A stretch of DNA of 64,000 nt from Desulfomonile tiedjei (GCA_016212925.1 JACRDF010000043.1:13726-77725); one strand, 5' to 3'; counted from the first letter of the stretch, positions 28,987 through 37,947 are shown. Notes: a model not told the origin generated them from the letters alone. Translations and numbers: made by a program.

Positions 28987-29189
28987 GCTTTGTCAGATGA
29001 GCAATTCAGGAACCCTTCCGGACGCGGACATTTTCCGCGAAAATTTCATGCTTGAAAACGCATTCGGCGTATACATAGTGTGGCCCTTGATGCCATCCTT
29101 TTCCATTCAACCGACGGGTACCGCCCGCGCATCCTATCCCGGATGGGGACCGCAAGAATTCTCGTCCTATCCATTCCCCTAACAGAATC

Positions 29190-30053
29190 ATGCATACTTC
29201 CGGTGAAATAAGAAAGCTGTTCAAAAAGCACGGTCTTGCGCCGAAAAAATGGATGGGCCAGAACCTTCTGGTCGATGACGGTTTTCTGAAGAAGATCGTG
29301 CAGGCCGCAAGGATTGACCCCGGAGAGACAATTGTCGAGGTCGGCGCGGGTCTGGGAGTCCTCACCGAGGAACTGGCGCGACGAGGTGCGAACGTCGTAG
29401 CGCTGGAACTCGACTCAGGGTTTTTCAGTGTCCTGCAAGAAAGATTCGCGGCCTCGCATCAGGTTGAACTCATCCACGCAGATGCGATGACATTCGATTT
29501 CCAGGCCCTTGCGTCCAGGGTCGGAAAACTTCGGGTGGTAGCTAACCTGCCTTACAATATTTCCAGCCGATTGATCTTCACCTTCCTTGAACATCGAGAC
29601 CTGTTCCGGTCTTTGCACATCCTTCTTCAAAGAGAAGTCGCGGAGCGCTTTATCGCCCCACCCGGGACAAAAGACTATGGAGTTCTAACCGTGCTCTTGG
29701 GAGTAAGCTCGGCTGTGGATCTATTGTTCGACATCCCGGCTAAGGCCTTTTATCCTGTTCCTGAGGTAGTCTCCACCCTCGTCCGGGTTACCTTCCCTGA
29801 CGAGCCGCCGGTGCTGGTCGCGGACGCGCGGTTGCTCGTCGGGCTGGTGAAAGCTTCTTTCGCGGGACGCCGCAAGACCTTGAGGAACACCCTGCGTAAT
29901 TTTGCTTTGCCTGGGCTGACACCGGAATTGCTAAATGAGGCGGCAGAGGATGCGGGGATAGACCTCGGCAGGCGCGGGGAAACGCTCTCCCCGATTGAGT
30001 TTGCACGGTTTGCGGATGCCATTCACGCGAGGGTTCAAGAGCAGTTGCCCTGA
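29190..30053 (+). CDS. rsmA: 16S rRNA (adenine1518/1519-N6)-dimethyltransferase RsmA/KsgA
   Basis: WMGQNLLVDDGFLKKIV...VEVGAGLGVLTEEL...VALELD...ANLPYNISS are KsgA motifs. Confidence 0.85.
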   Translation: MHTSGEIRKLFKKHGLAPKKWMGQNLLVDDGFLKKIVQAARIDPGETIVEVGAGLGVLTEELARRGANVVALELDSGFFSVLQERFAASHQVELIHADAMTFDFQALASRVGKLRVVANLPYNISSRLIFTFLEHRDLFRSLHILLQREVAERFIAPPGTKDYGVLTVLLGVSSAVDLLFDIPAKAFYPVPEVVSTLVRVTFPDEPPVLVADARLLVGLVKASFAGRRKTLRNTLRNFALPGLTPELLNEAAEDAGIDLGRRGETLSPIEFARFADAIHARVQEQLP

Positions 30054-30087
30054 GCTACAGTTCGGGCTGGGAAACACTCCGGGCAGT

Positions 30088-30190
30088 AGGATGTGGTGAC
30101 CGAAGGGAACCGTCCCGCGAGACGGGGGATTCGCTGTGATGTGTCTCGATTGATGCGGTTCGCTGCACTCACCGCATCCTACAGCCCTAA
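30088..30190. repeat. ~95 nt structured repeat family B, copy 1; a direct repeat of 30952-31044. Together they bracket the DUF433/DUF5615 gene pair
   Basis: aggatgtggtgaccgaagggaaccgtcccgcgagacgggggattcgc...ctcgattgatgcggttcgctgcactcaccgcatcct. The ends are complementary (aggatgYggtga / tcaccgcatcct) and there is an internal cccgcgagacgcggg hairpin. Confidence 0.5.
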
Positions 30191-30320
30191 GTTACGGCCC
30201 GTTCTTGGAAGTGCAGAGGATAATAGAGAATCCCCTCGGATTTCGGCTTGACAGGTCGCGGCAGTATCCGTCAGTATGGGGGCCGAATAAGCCTCAAAGG
30301 CTTTAGAAGTGAGGTTGTAA

Positions 30321-30545
30321 ATGCATATAGCGTGGCAGGATTACATAGAAAGCACGCCGGATGTACTACATGGCAAACCGCGAATCAAGAGTACAAGAAT
30401 TCCTGTAAGCCTTTTGCTCGGCTATCTTGCTGAAGGATACAGTCCCGAGCAGATTATCGGCGAGTTTCCGGATCTCAACAAAGAGCAGATTGCCGCCTGC
30501 CTGGACTATGCTCGTGATTTAGCGGAATTTGAAGTGGCAGTCTGA
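30321..30545 (+). CDS. DUF433-family small protein (putative antitoxin-like partner)
   Basis: HGKPRIKSTRIPVSLLLGYLAEGYSPEQIIGEFPDLNKEQIAACLDYA is the DUF433 signature. Its stop overlaps the start of the next gene (TGATG). Confidence 0.7.
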   Translation: MHIAWQDYIESTPDVLHGKPRIKSTRIPVSLLLGYLAEGYSPEQIIGEFPDLNKEQIAACLDYARDLAEFEVAV

Positions 30546-30913
30546 TGGGTCTAAGATTCTTTGCCGACCATTGTGTGCCCAATTCCGTCTTAAGGGCATT
30601 ACGCGATGGAGGCCATGAGGTTTTCATTCTGAAGGAGCATCTTCCACAAGATGCATCAGACTCGACCGTCATTGCCAGAGTTCAGGAATTGAATGCCATC
30701 TTGGTCTCGTTGAATGGGGACTTCGCGGATATAGTAACCTACCCGCCGTCCAATTATAAAGGTATCATTGCGATGCAAGTTAAGAATCATCCGGAGACCA
30801 TTCCGGCATTAATGCAAAGACTTATGAATTACTTCTCCGACCATCCGGAAATGACCCATTACCAGGGCAGACTCTTGGTTGTGGAACCTCATAAGATCAG
30901 GATTCGGAAATGA
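30545..30913 (+). CDS. DUF5615-family (PIN-like / Mut7-C-like nuclease fold) protein, putative toxin partner of DUF433
   Basis: MGLRFFADHCVPNSVLRALRDGGHEVFILKEHL..DASDSTVIARVQELNAILVSLNGDFAD matches DUF5615. It is translationally coupled to the DUF433 gene. Confidence 0.7.
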   Translation: MGLRFFADHCVPNSVLRALRDGGHEVFILKEHLPQDASDSTVIARVQELNAILVSLNGDFADIVTYPPSNYKGIIAMQVKNHPETIPALMQRLMNYFSDHPEMTHYQGRLLVVEPHKIRIRK

Positions 30914-30951
30914 AAAATTGGGCTGTGCCCGGCGGCGCGCCACAGGGCCGC

Positions 30952-31044
30952 AGGATCCGGTGACCGAAGGGAACCTTCCCGCGAGACGCGGGATTCGCGT
31001 TCATGTGGCTCGATTGATGCGGTTCGCTGGGCTCACCGCATCCT
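30952..31044. repeat. Repeat family B, copy 2
   Basis: See 30088-30190. About 85% identity over roughly 93 nt, same orientation. Confidence 0.5.
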
Positions 31045-31066
31045 GCTCCCGAGAGAAAATATGCCG

Positions 31067-31138
31067 GCACGGAGGCCGGCACTACCGATTTCCAGGAGGC
31101 GCTTTTCGCAGTCGGACATTATTTTGACACTTGCTATG
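31067..31138. repeat. Repeat family C, copy 2
   Basis: aaaatatgccggcacggaggccggcactaccgatttccaggaggcgct...tcggacattattttgacacttgctat versus 2131-2215. Confidence 0.5.
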
Positions 31139-31244
31139 GCAGTTCTCGAAAGTAATGACGGATTGACCTATGGGTGCCACTGCTGGCTTGTCCAGCAGTG
31201 CGGTTCCATTCAGAAAGAACTTTCGAGAATCACTATATAAGAGA

Positions 31245-32756
31245 TCATTTCTTATCCACCGGTGTCTGAGGCGGTGCAGTCACGGATGGTGCTTTGCCGT
31301 GAACTCGGCCGAGAAACTCCGGCAATTCCAATCCAACCATTTTAGCAAGTTCGTGCATCGGTGGAATCACCCCCATGAAACGACGCCCAAGGTCGGAAAG
31401 GCCTCCGTCACCACCGCCGCTGTCCCAGACTACGATCTTGTCAATCGGCAGGTTCTTGACCGCTTCGACCTGAAGGCCGGTGAGTTCGGTCAGCTTTTCG
31501 ATCAACAGCAGCACCGCAGTCGCGGAAGGATCTGAAGCGCAGGATTCCACCAGGGCCTTGTAACCCGCGGCCTTGGCGTCCAACTGGGCCTGAGCGCCCT
31601 GGGCCTCGGCTTGCATCTTAACGAGGACCGATTCCGCGTCCCCTTTGGCCACGAGCACCCTCTTCTGGCGCTCGGCCTCAGCGGCCACAATCGCCCTCTC
31701 GCGGTCAGCTTGGGCAGGCACCACTACTTCGGCCTTTAGCCTGGCTTCTTCACGGCGAGCGCGAGCCTCCTCGGCAAGCCGCTGTGCGTCCTCCTGTGCG
31801 ACGCGAATCGTGGCGTCAGCCTGCACCGCGGCTGTCTGGCCCTTGCCCCTGGCTTCTTCTTCCGCTACCTTCTGGCCGGCCTGGAACCCTGCCTTCTTGG
31901 CATTGGCCATAGTTTCGGTCTCTACAGCGTCCGCATCAAGCAATGACACCTTTTGGCGCCTGTCGCGACCGGCTTCGGCCTCGCCGACGGCACCGCCGGC
32001 TTCGGCTGCTGCCACAGCCTTTCTTCTATCGCGGTCGGCTTCGGCCTCGCCGACAGTAGCCAGAGCATTAGCTGCGGCCACCGCTTTACGCTGATCGCGC
32101 TCTCGCTCCGCGACACCTATCTTCCCCAGCTTCTCCTGTTCAGCCACGTCGATCAGGGCCTGGTTGACCGCTTCCGCGGCAGCCTTACGGCCAAGGGCCC
32201 TGATGTACCCGCTGTCATCCTCGATATCTTTGATATTTACATTGATTACCGTAAGGCCTATCTTTTCAAGTTCAACAGAAACCGCGTCGTTCACTTTGGC
32301 CATGAACGCCTGCCGATCGCGATTGATTTCTTCTATCCTCATTGTTGCAATTACGGCTCGCATTTGGCCGAGTATGATGTCCTGCGCCTGTTTTCGGACA
32401 TCTTCGATACCTTGCCCCAGCAACCGCACCGCTGCATTCTGCATGATGCCTTCCTCAGTGCTGATGGCTGCGGTGACCGTGGTGGGAACGGAGACGCGGA
32501 TGTTCTCCTGAGAAAGGGCGTTTGCCAGTTCGATGGGAACGACGAAAGGCTCCAGGTCCAGCCACTCGTACGACTGGAGCACCGGCCACACGAAGGCTGC
32601 GCCGCCATGGACGCACTTGGCCGCCCCTTGGCCGGTCTTCCCGTAAACGACGAGAATTTGGTTGGACGGGCATCTCTTATAACGGCCGATAAATACCCAC
32701 AAAAGCGCACAAATGACCACCGCCAGGATGACCGTCAGACTCAACGCTGTCACCAT
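31245..32756 (-). CDS. Flotillin-like SPFH/band-7 protein (YqiK/FloA type) with a long Ala/Glu-rich coiled coil containing a tandem internal repeat
   Basis: N-terminal TM then an SPFH core (ILVVYGKTGQGAAKCVHGGAAFVWPVLQSYEWLDLEPFVVPIEL...). A tandem ~22 aa repeat is RKAVAAANALATVGEAEADRDR / RKAVAAAEAGGAVGEAEAGRDR. The start is taken at MVTALSL so that it abuts the NfeD stop. Confidence 0.8.
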   Translation of the reverse strand: MVTALSLTVILAVVICALLWVFIGRYKRCPSNQILVVYGKTGQGAAKCVHGGAAFVWPVLQSYEWLDLEPFVVPIELANALSQENIRVSVPTTVTAAISTEEGIMQNAAVRLLGQGIEDVRKQAQDIILGQMRAVIATMRIEEINRDRQAFMAKVNDAVSVELEKIGLTVINVNIKDIEDDSGYIRALGRKAAAEAVNQALIDVAEQEKLGKIGVAERERDQRKAVAAANALATVGEAEADRDRRKAVAAAEAGGAVGEAEAGRDRRQKVSLLDADAVETETMANAKKAGFQAGQKVAEEEARGKGQTAAVQADATIRVAQEDAQRLAEEARARREEARLKAEVVVPAQADRERAIVAAEAERQKRVLVAKGDAESVLVKMQAEAQGAQAQLDAKAAGYKALVESCASDPSATAVLLLIEKLTELTGLQVEAVKNLPIDKIVVWDSGGGDGGLSDLGRRFMGVIPPMHELAKMVGLELPEFLGRVHGKAPSVTAPPQTPVDKK

Positions 32757-32757
32757 C

Positions 32758-33396
32758 TCATCCCTCCTCCGGGTTCCGAATTCCCTCAACTTCTACCGTG
32801 TTGTCGTTCACAACACCGACCACTCTCACTTCGGCGCCGGATGTCAATGGGCCGCCGTCGCGGGAGCGAGCGTTCACAAAACTGATTGCGCCGCTAACCA
32901 TAACTCGTATTTTGCCTGTTCCGCCCTCGGGAATGTCCATGTAAACCGTGCCTTCTTCTCCAATCGCGGTCCACACGGAGGCGTTGCCGCGTTCCTGTTG
33001 GCTCAGCAGCCAATAGAGCACGTAGGACACCGCAAACATGGCAACCAATCCCCAGGCAGCACTGTACAAGATGGCGAGGATTGCCGAGACCCCGGTGGCT
33101 AGATAGAGCGCACCGGCCCAACTGAACAGCGTCCCGAAAGCTATGATTGAGCGAATTGATACAAAGGTGAAAGTGGCTGCCTCACCGCCGTATTCGTGCC
33201 CGCTCTCGCCCCCGGAGTCACCGGCGTGGCCGAAGTCGCCGTGATCGACGCCTTCAGCGCCGATGTGAGCGTGGGCGTCGGTGTCCATGCCCATGATCAT
33301 GATCACAATCTGCCAGAGGAAGAGCACGGTGAAGGCCAGGGCTGATATCACAAAGGCCTTGTTGAGTAAACTCAAACCCAGCCACCAGGATTCCAT
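32758..33396 (-). CDS. NfeD/YqiJ-family membrane protein (C-terminal OB-fold), partner of the flotillin
   Basis: N-terminal TM helices, a His/Gly/Asp-rich loop, further TM helices, then an OB-fold-like tail (GTVYMDIPEGGTGKIRVMVSG...VRVVGVVNDNTVEVE). Classic yqiJ-yqiK order. Confidence 0.7.
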   Translation of the reverse strand: MESWWLGLSLLNKAFVISALAFTVLFLWQIVIMIMGMDTDAHAHIGAEGVDHGDFGHAGDSGGESGHEYGGEAATFTFVSIRSIIAFGTLFSWAGALYLATGVSAILAILYSAAWGLVAMFAVSYVLYWLLSQQERGNASVWTAIGEEGTVYMDIPEGGTGKIRVMVSGAISFVNARSRDGGPLTSGAEVRVVGVVNDNTVEVEGIRNPEEG

Positions 33397-33674
33397 GGGC
33401 CTGCCCCTCTCCTATTTAGTCAAAACCAGAGTCAATGAACGTAAAAGGTAATTGCAGGAGCAGCAGTCACGCTGCGTTTCCTTCATCTCAGGGGCTTTGC
33501 ACCCACTTCGGAGATTAGCTGTTGGCGGTCTGGTGCACCCGGCCTTAGACCATGATCCGTCGCGGTAAACGGCTTTCAAAGGTTTTTCGAGGGTAACTCC
33601 CCATCGTTGCTTCCGTCAAGCACAATCTTGGTGGAGTGATGGTGAGCATTCCGGCTTTCGCAGGGTGGTATTTT

Positions 33675-33694
33675 TTGTGGGGCACCCATTAAAA
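33675..33694. repeat. Exact 20-mer ttgtggggcacccattaaaa, also present at 60367-60386
   Basis: An identical 20 nt string in two unrelated intergenic regions; the flanks diverge immediately. Confidence 0.4.
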
Positions 33695-33703
33695 GGCCCT
33701 CTG

Positions 33704-34489
33704 TCAATATCGCTCGGAAGCCTGTGGTCCCAAGAAAGGCTTATCTTTCCGATATGTCCTGACCAGTCCGACCAAGACCGGATGCAGCAAATGCACTGCC
33801 TTCCCGAAATTCACGAGGAACCTCTTCCATTGAACGAATCGCTTCAGTTCAGCCGGGGCACTTAGCGGGTGTCGGAATATGTTCTTTAGATCGCGGTGAG
33901 TCGGAAGCGGGGGGGAATCCAAATCGTCGGAAATTACCCTAACAGATACAAAAGGAACGCCGAGTTCCTTAGCCTCCTCGCCGATCGCGTGGCTTTCCAT
34001 GTCTACTGCTTGGGCCCCTGTGAAGCAGTGAAGCCTCTCTCTGTCTTCTCGGGCAAAGACCGGGGCATTGACCGTGGCGATACGCCCGATCCTGTGGCTT
34101 ACACCGGCTGAAAGACAGGCCGCGGCAACTGTTTGAACCAGCGGACCGGAAGATGTCAGCAAGTTGCCCGGTTCGTGTCCGAAAAGTGTTTCGCGAGAAA
34201 TGACCAGTTCGCTGAAGTTCACGTCTTTCACGAGACTTCCTGCGGTGCCTGCATTGATGATGACTGAGGGTTTCCTGTCCAGGTTCTTCACAGCCGCAGC
34301 AGCCTTTACCGGCCCGATCCCGCAGCGGACTGTCACGAAAACGTTCCCTTCGAAGAACACCTCCCTGTAAATAGCACCGCCGCTTTTCCACCTGCGAAGC
34401 ACTTCCACACGGCGGAGAAAAGGATAGGCCTCCATGCCCATGGGGAACACAATGCAAAGGTCCGCATTTTCTCTGTTCACAGCCTTCAT
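33704..34489 (-). CDS. PNP/UDP/MTAN-family nucleosidase (MTA/SAH nucleosidase or futalosine hydrolase-like)
   Basis: CIVFPMGMEAYPF...VTVRCGIGPVKAAAAV...IINAGTAGSL...DMESHAI is the nucleoside phosphorylase-I family layout. Confidence 0.55.
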   Translation of the reverse strand: MKAVNRENADLCIVFPMGMEAYPFLRRVEVLRRWKSGGAIYREVFFEGNVFVTVRCGIGPVKAAAAVKNLDRKPSVIINAGTAGSLVKDVNFSELVISRETLFGHEPGNLLTSSGPLVQTVAAACLSAGVSHRIGRIATVNAPVFAREDRERLHCFTGAQAVDMESHAIGEEAKELGVPFVSVRVISDDLDSPPLPTHRDLKNIFRHPLSAPAELKRFVQWKRFLVNFGKAVHLLHPVLVGLVRTYRKDKPFLGPQASERY

Positions 34490-34665
34490 TTGATGTATAT
34501 AGTAAAGGAATTATACGTAGGAAGCCATAGCAATGTGTCTAAGGGTTCACCGGGCTTGAGGCGGCTCTGCGCCCGGTGACCATGGAGGTGGAGACGCATC
34601 TCCCCCTGCATGCCTCCCCCATCGTAACACAAAGGTGTTACCATCCTTCCGGTGGACGGTTGCAA

Positions 34666-35169
34666 ATGTCTCACGTTGAACTGGACCCGTTGGACAAGAA
34701 GATCCTGGTAGCCCTCCAGGGAGATCTTGATGATTCGCCCGAGCCATACGACCAATTGGCAAAAGACCTGAAGGTATCCGAGGATGAGGTGATCCGGCGC
34801 ACAAAGAGCATGCTGGAACAGGGGATCATCCGCCGGATCGGAGCCATGATAAGGCATATTGAAGCCGGCATAGGGTTTAACGGCATGATAGTGTGGAAAG
34901 TTCAACCGGAGAGGATAGAACAGGTCGGAGAGCGTCTCGCATCCTTTGCCGAGGTTACCCACTGCTATGAGAGGCCCCCTTTCGGCAAAAACGGGGGGAC
35001 GCTTTTCACAATGGTTCACGCAGCCTCACAAGAAGAGTGCCTGGACATTGTCCGCCGAATGTCCGAAACAACGGGCCTGGGGGACTACGAAATCCTGTTC
35101 AGCGAGCGCGAGCTAAAAAAGGTGAGTATGACCTATTTTGATGAAGGGGATCTGGAAGGTGGCGATTGA
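34666..35169 (+). CDS. Lrp/AsnC-like siroheme decarboxylase subunit (AhbA/AhbB, NirDL-like) of the alternative heme pathway
   Basis: MSHVELDPLDKKILVALQGDLDDSPEPYDQLAKDLKVSEDEVIRRTKSMLEQGIIRRIGAMI is the AsnC-type HTH typical of AhbA/B. It lies directly upstream of, and overlaps, hemL. Confidence 0.5.
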   Translation: MSHVELDPLDKKILVALQGDLDDSPEPYDQLAKDLKVSEDEVIRRTKSMLEQGIIRRIGAMIRHIEAGIGFNGMIVWKVQPERIEQVGERLASFAEVTHCYERPPFGKNGGTLFTMVHAASQEECLDIVRRMSETTGLGDYEILFSERELKKVSMTYFDEGDLEGGD

Positions 35170-36446
35170 TGAGTGTCAGCAAAGTGTCTGAAGAGCTGTT
35201 TAAGGACGCGGTTCAAGTCATTCCCGGAGGTGTGAACTCTCCTGTGCGGGCCTTCAAATCAGTCGGGTTACTTCCGCGTTTCATACGGTCCGGTAAGGGA
35301 TGCCGGATTATGGACGAGGACGGGAACGAGTACATTGACTACGTCGGATCATGGGGTCCGCTGATTCTTGGCCATGCGCACCCGGAGGTCTTACAGGCGT
35401 TGGAAAGGACAATGAAGGACGGAACGTCTTTCGGCGCCCCTACCAGACGTGAGGTGGAGATGGCGCAAACCATCACCGAAATGGTGCCGTCAATTGACAT
35501 GGTCCGGCTTGTCAGTTCCGGAACTGAGGCGGCCATGAGCGCAATTCGACTGGCGCGAGGGTTCGCGAAAAGAGACACGATAATCAAGTTCTCCGGGTGT
35601 TATCATGGCCACAGCGACGCCCTGCTCGCCCGCGCCGGCTCCGGCGCGGCAACGTTCGCCATTCCCGATTCGATGGGTGTGCCGTCGGGAGTGGTTGAAC
35701 ACACTGTCGTCCTCCCGTTTAACGATCTGGATGCGGTCAAGAACTGGATAGAGCAAAATCCGGGCACACTGGCGGCTGTGGTGGTGGAACCCGTGGCCGG
35801 GAATATGGGGGTTGTCCCTCCCAAACCGGGATTCCTAGCCGGCCTCAGGGCCGTTTGCAGCAGGGAAGGCGCCTTGTTGATCTTCGATGAAGTCATAACC
35901 GGGTTTCGTCTGTCAGCAGGCGGTGCGCAGCAACTTTACGAAGTATTGCCCGATTTGACCTGCCTGGGCAAAATCATCGGTGGCGGATTGCCCGTAGGCG
36001 CGTTCGGGGGCCCAAGGCACATCATGGAACATCTGGCCCCTGTCGGAGGGGTCTATCAAGCCGGCACGCTTTCAGGGAATCCCTTGGCGGTTGCAGCAGG
36101 CCTGACCACCCTCAAGATTCTTCTGAGAGACAACCCCTACGCTGACCTTGAAAGAAAAGCCGCGATACTGGAAAAAGGGATGGCGGAGATTCTCCGCGAG
36201 AAAGGCGTCCCCCACACTATCAACAGAGTCGGATCCATGCTGTCCGTGTTTTTCCATCCCGGCCCGGTGACTTCATACGAAGAGGCCCTGCAGGCAGACA
36301 GAGGGGCATTTGTCCAATTCTTCGGCGGAATGCTCGACAGAGGCATCTATCTGGCACCGTCTCCTTTCGAAGCCTGGTTTGTCAGCGCGGCCCACAGCGA
36401 TGAGGACATTGAAAGGACTCTCACCGCCGCGCGAGAAAGCCTGTGA
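35166..36446 (+). CDS. hemL: Glutamate-1-semialdehyde 2,1-aminomutase
   Basis: SEELFKDAVQVIPGGVNSPVRAFKSVG...YIDYVGSWGPLILGHAHP...FDEVITGFR are HemL motifs, including the PLP lysine region (LGKIIGGGLPVGAFGG). Confidence 0.9.
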   Translation: MMSVSKVSEELFKDAVQVIPGGVNSPVRAFKSVGLLPRFIRSGKGCRIMDEDGNEYIDYVGSWGPLILGHAHPEVLQALERTMKDGTSFGAPTRREVEMAQTITEMVPSIDMVRLVSSGTEAAMSAIRLARGFAKRDTIIKFSGCYHGHSDALLARAGSGAATFAIPDSMGVPSGVVEHTVVLPFNDLDAVKNWIEQNPGTLAAVVVEPVAGNMGVVPPKPGFLAGLRAVCSREGALLIFDEVITGFRLSAGGAQQLYEVLPDLTCLGKIIGGGLPVGAFGGPRHIMEHLAPVGGVYQAGTLSGNPLAVAAGLTTLKILLRDNPYADLERKAAILEKGMAEILREKGVPHTINRVGSMLSVFFHPGPVTSYEEALQADRGAFVQFFGGMLDRGIYLAPSPFEAWFVSAAHSDEDIERTLTAARESL

Positions 36447-36945
36447 GCCTTCCTCGATCGAACAGGATATGCCGCGACAACTTGGCCGGATGCAGATTAA
36501 GGAAATTCTCGAGTCGGTCACCGGTAAAGGTGTTCCGAGGAGTGAAATTTGGGACGGAATGCCTGACTTATGGCTTCCGAGGATAGTGAAGTAGGAACGG
36601 GCGGTTAGCTGACAAAGGTTCCTTGATAATTGCAGCGTTGCGGCATCAGAGGTTCAGTAAAGCGTATAGACCCTCGTGTTACGCTGAAATAAAATGTAGC
36701 ACTGCGGAATCGCTGTATATTCGGCTTGATTTTCACGCTTATGTAAAGTAGTGTAGCGGTCGCTCTACAAGGAATGTTTTTATTGCGTTTCGCTTTTAAA
36801 CGATTTCCAACAGATCAAAATAATACAAACTGTCGTGTTCCCACAGGGAGCCGAAATGCTGTGAGGGGGGTCGGCATTTCGAAGCTTGCTTCCGTGTGAT
36901 ACTGAGTAGAAGGTAGATCCGAGAGTCTATGCAAGGAGGTTAATA

Positions 36946-37884
36946 ATGGACAAGTCTTTTGATGTTCCCGAAAGGTTGGCAGTTAAAGGCGTTACCCGGC
37001 GGGACTTCATGAAGTTCTGCGGGTTCATGGCCACCGTTTTGGGGCTTCCTCTGTCCTTTGCTCCGAGGATAGCAGAAGCCGTGGCCGCCAAACGCCCCAC
37101 CGTGGTGTGGTTGCAGTTTGCCGAGTGCACCGGGTGCGCGGAGTCTTTCATTCGCACCACATATCCGTGGGCGGCAGACATCGTTCTGGACGTTCTCAAC
37201 GTGGCCTATTTCGAGACCATTATGGCCGCGGCCGGCGATCAGGCGGAGCAGGTTCTGGATGACGTGGTGAACAAGGAAAAGGGCAAGTACATAGCGATCA
37301 TGGAAGGAGCGATTCCGACCAAGGACAACGGCGTGTACGGCCAAATCCATGGCAAAACGTTTCTGGAAATAGCTAAGAAAGTCGGCCAAAACGCCGCGGC
37401 GGTGATTTGCGTAGGCAATTGCGCATGTTCCGGAGGCGTACAGGCTGCCGCTCCTAATCCCACCGGCGCCAAGAGCATTGCGGAAGCCACCGGGTTGAAG
37501 ACGGTCAACCTCAATGGATGTCCGCCCAATGCCGACAACATGGTTGCCACAGTTGTGCATTTCCTCTTGCTTGGCAAGCTCCCTGCGCTTGACGACAAAG
37601 GCAGGCCGTTGTTCGCTTACCAGTACCTCATTCACGACAATTGTGAGAGAAGAGGACACTTTGAGAACGAAGAGTTCGTCAAGGAGTTCGGTGACGAAGG
37701 CGCTGCCAAGGGCTGGTGCCTGTACAAGGTGGGTTGCAAGGGTCCCGAGACTCACAACAATTGCCCGATCATCAAGTGGAACCAGGGAACCAACTGGCCC
37801 ATCGGCGCGGGTCACCCCTGCATAGGGTGCAGCGAACCGGGATTCTGGGACAACATGAGCCCCTTCTACGTTCAGAAAAGCTAG
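36946..37884 (+). CDS. Periplasmic [NiFe] hydrogenase small subunit (Tat signal, Fe-S cluster cysteines)
   Basis: The Tat motif is RRDFMKFCGFMATVLGLPLSFAPRIAEAVA. The conserved core is PTVVWLQFAECTGCAESFIRT with the proximal, medial and distal cluster cysteines (CVGNCACSGG, CPPN..., HDNCERRGHF, CLYKVGCKGPETHNNCP, CIGCSEPGFWD). Confidence 0.9.
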   Translation: MDKSFDVPERLAVKGVTRRDFMKFCGFMATVLGLPLSFAPRIAEAVAAKRPTVVWLQFAECTGCAESFIRTTYPWAADIVLDVLNVAYFETIMAAAGDQAEQVLDDVVNKEKGKYIAIMEGAIPTKDNGVYGQIHGKTFLEIAKKVGQNAAAVICVGNCACSGGVQAAAPNPTGAKSIAEATGLKTVNLNGCPPNADNMVATVVHFLLLGKLPALDDKGRPLFAYQYLIHDNCERRGHFENEEFVKEFGDEGAAKGWCLYKVGCKGPETHNNCPIIKWNQGTNWPIGAGHPCIGCSEPGFWDNMSPFYVQKS

Positions 37885-37947
37885 ATCCGGGTTGTCACCA
37901 GTAACTCAACCTACGATTTAAGATGAACATCGAAAAGGAGCGATACT

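Noticed and set aside
31953-32885. 310 aa plus-strand ORF and the Ala-rich 149 aa ORF (31645-32094) opposite the flotillin gene
   Set aside because: They are antisense translations of the Ala/Glu-rich coiled-coil coding region. Flotillin homology on the minus strand is unambiguous.
33704-34489. Calling the nucleosidase specifically MqnB (futalosine hydrolase)
   Set aside because: MTAN, futalosine hydrolase and other PNP_UDP_1 members cannot be told apart from motifs alone, and no other mqn genes are in the window.
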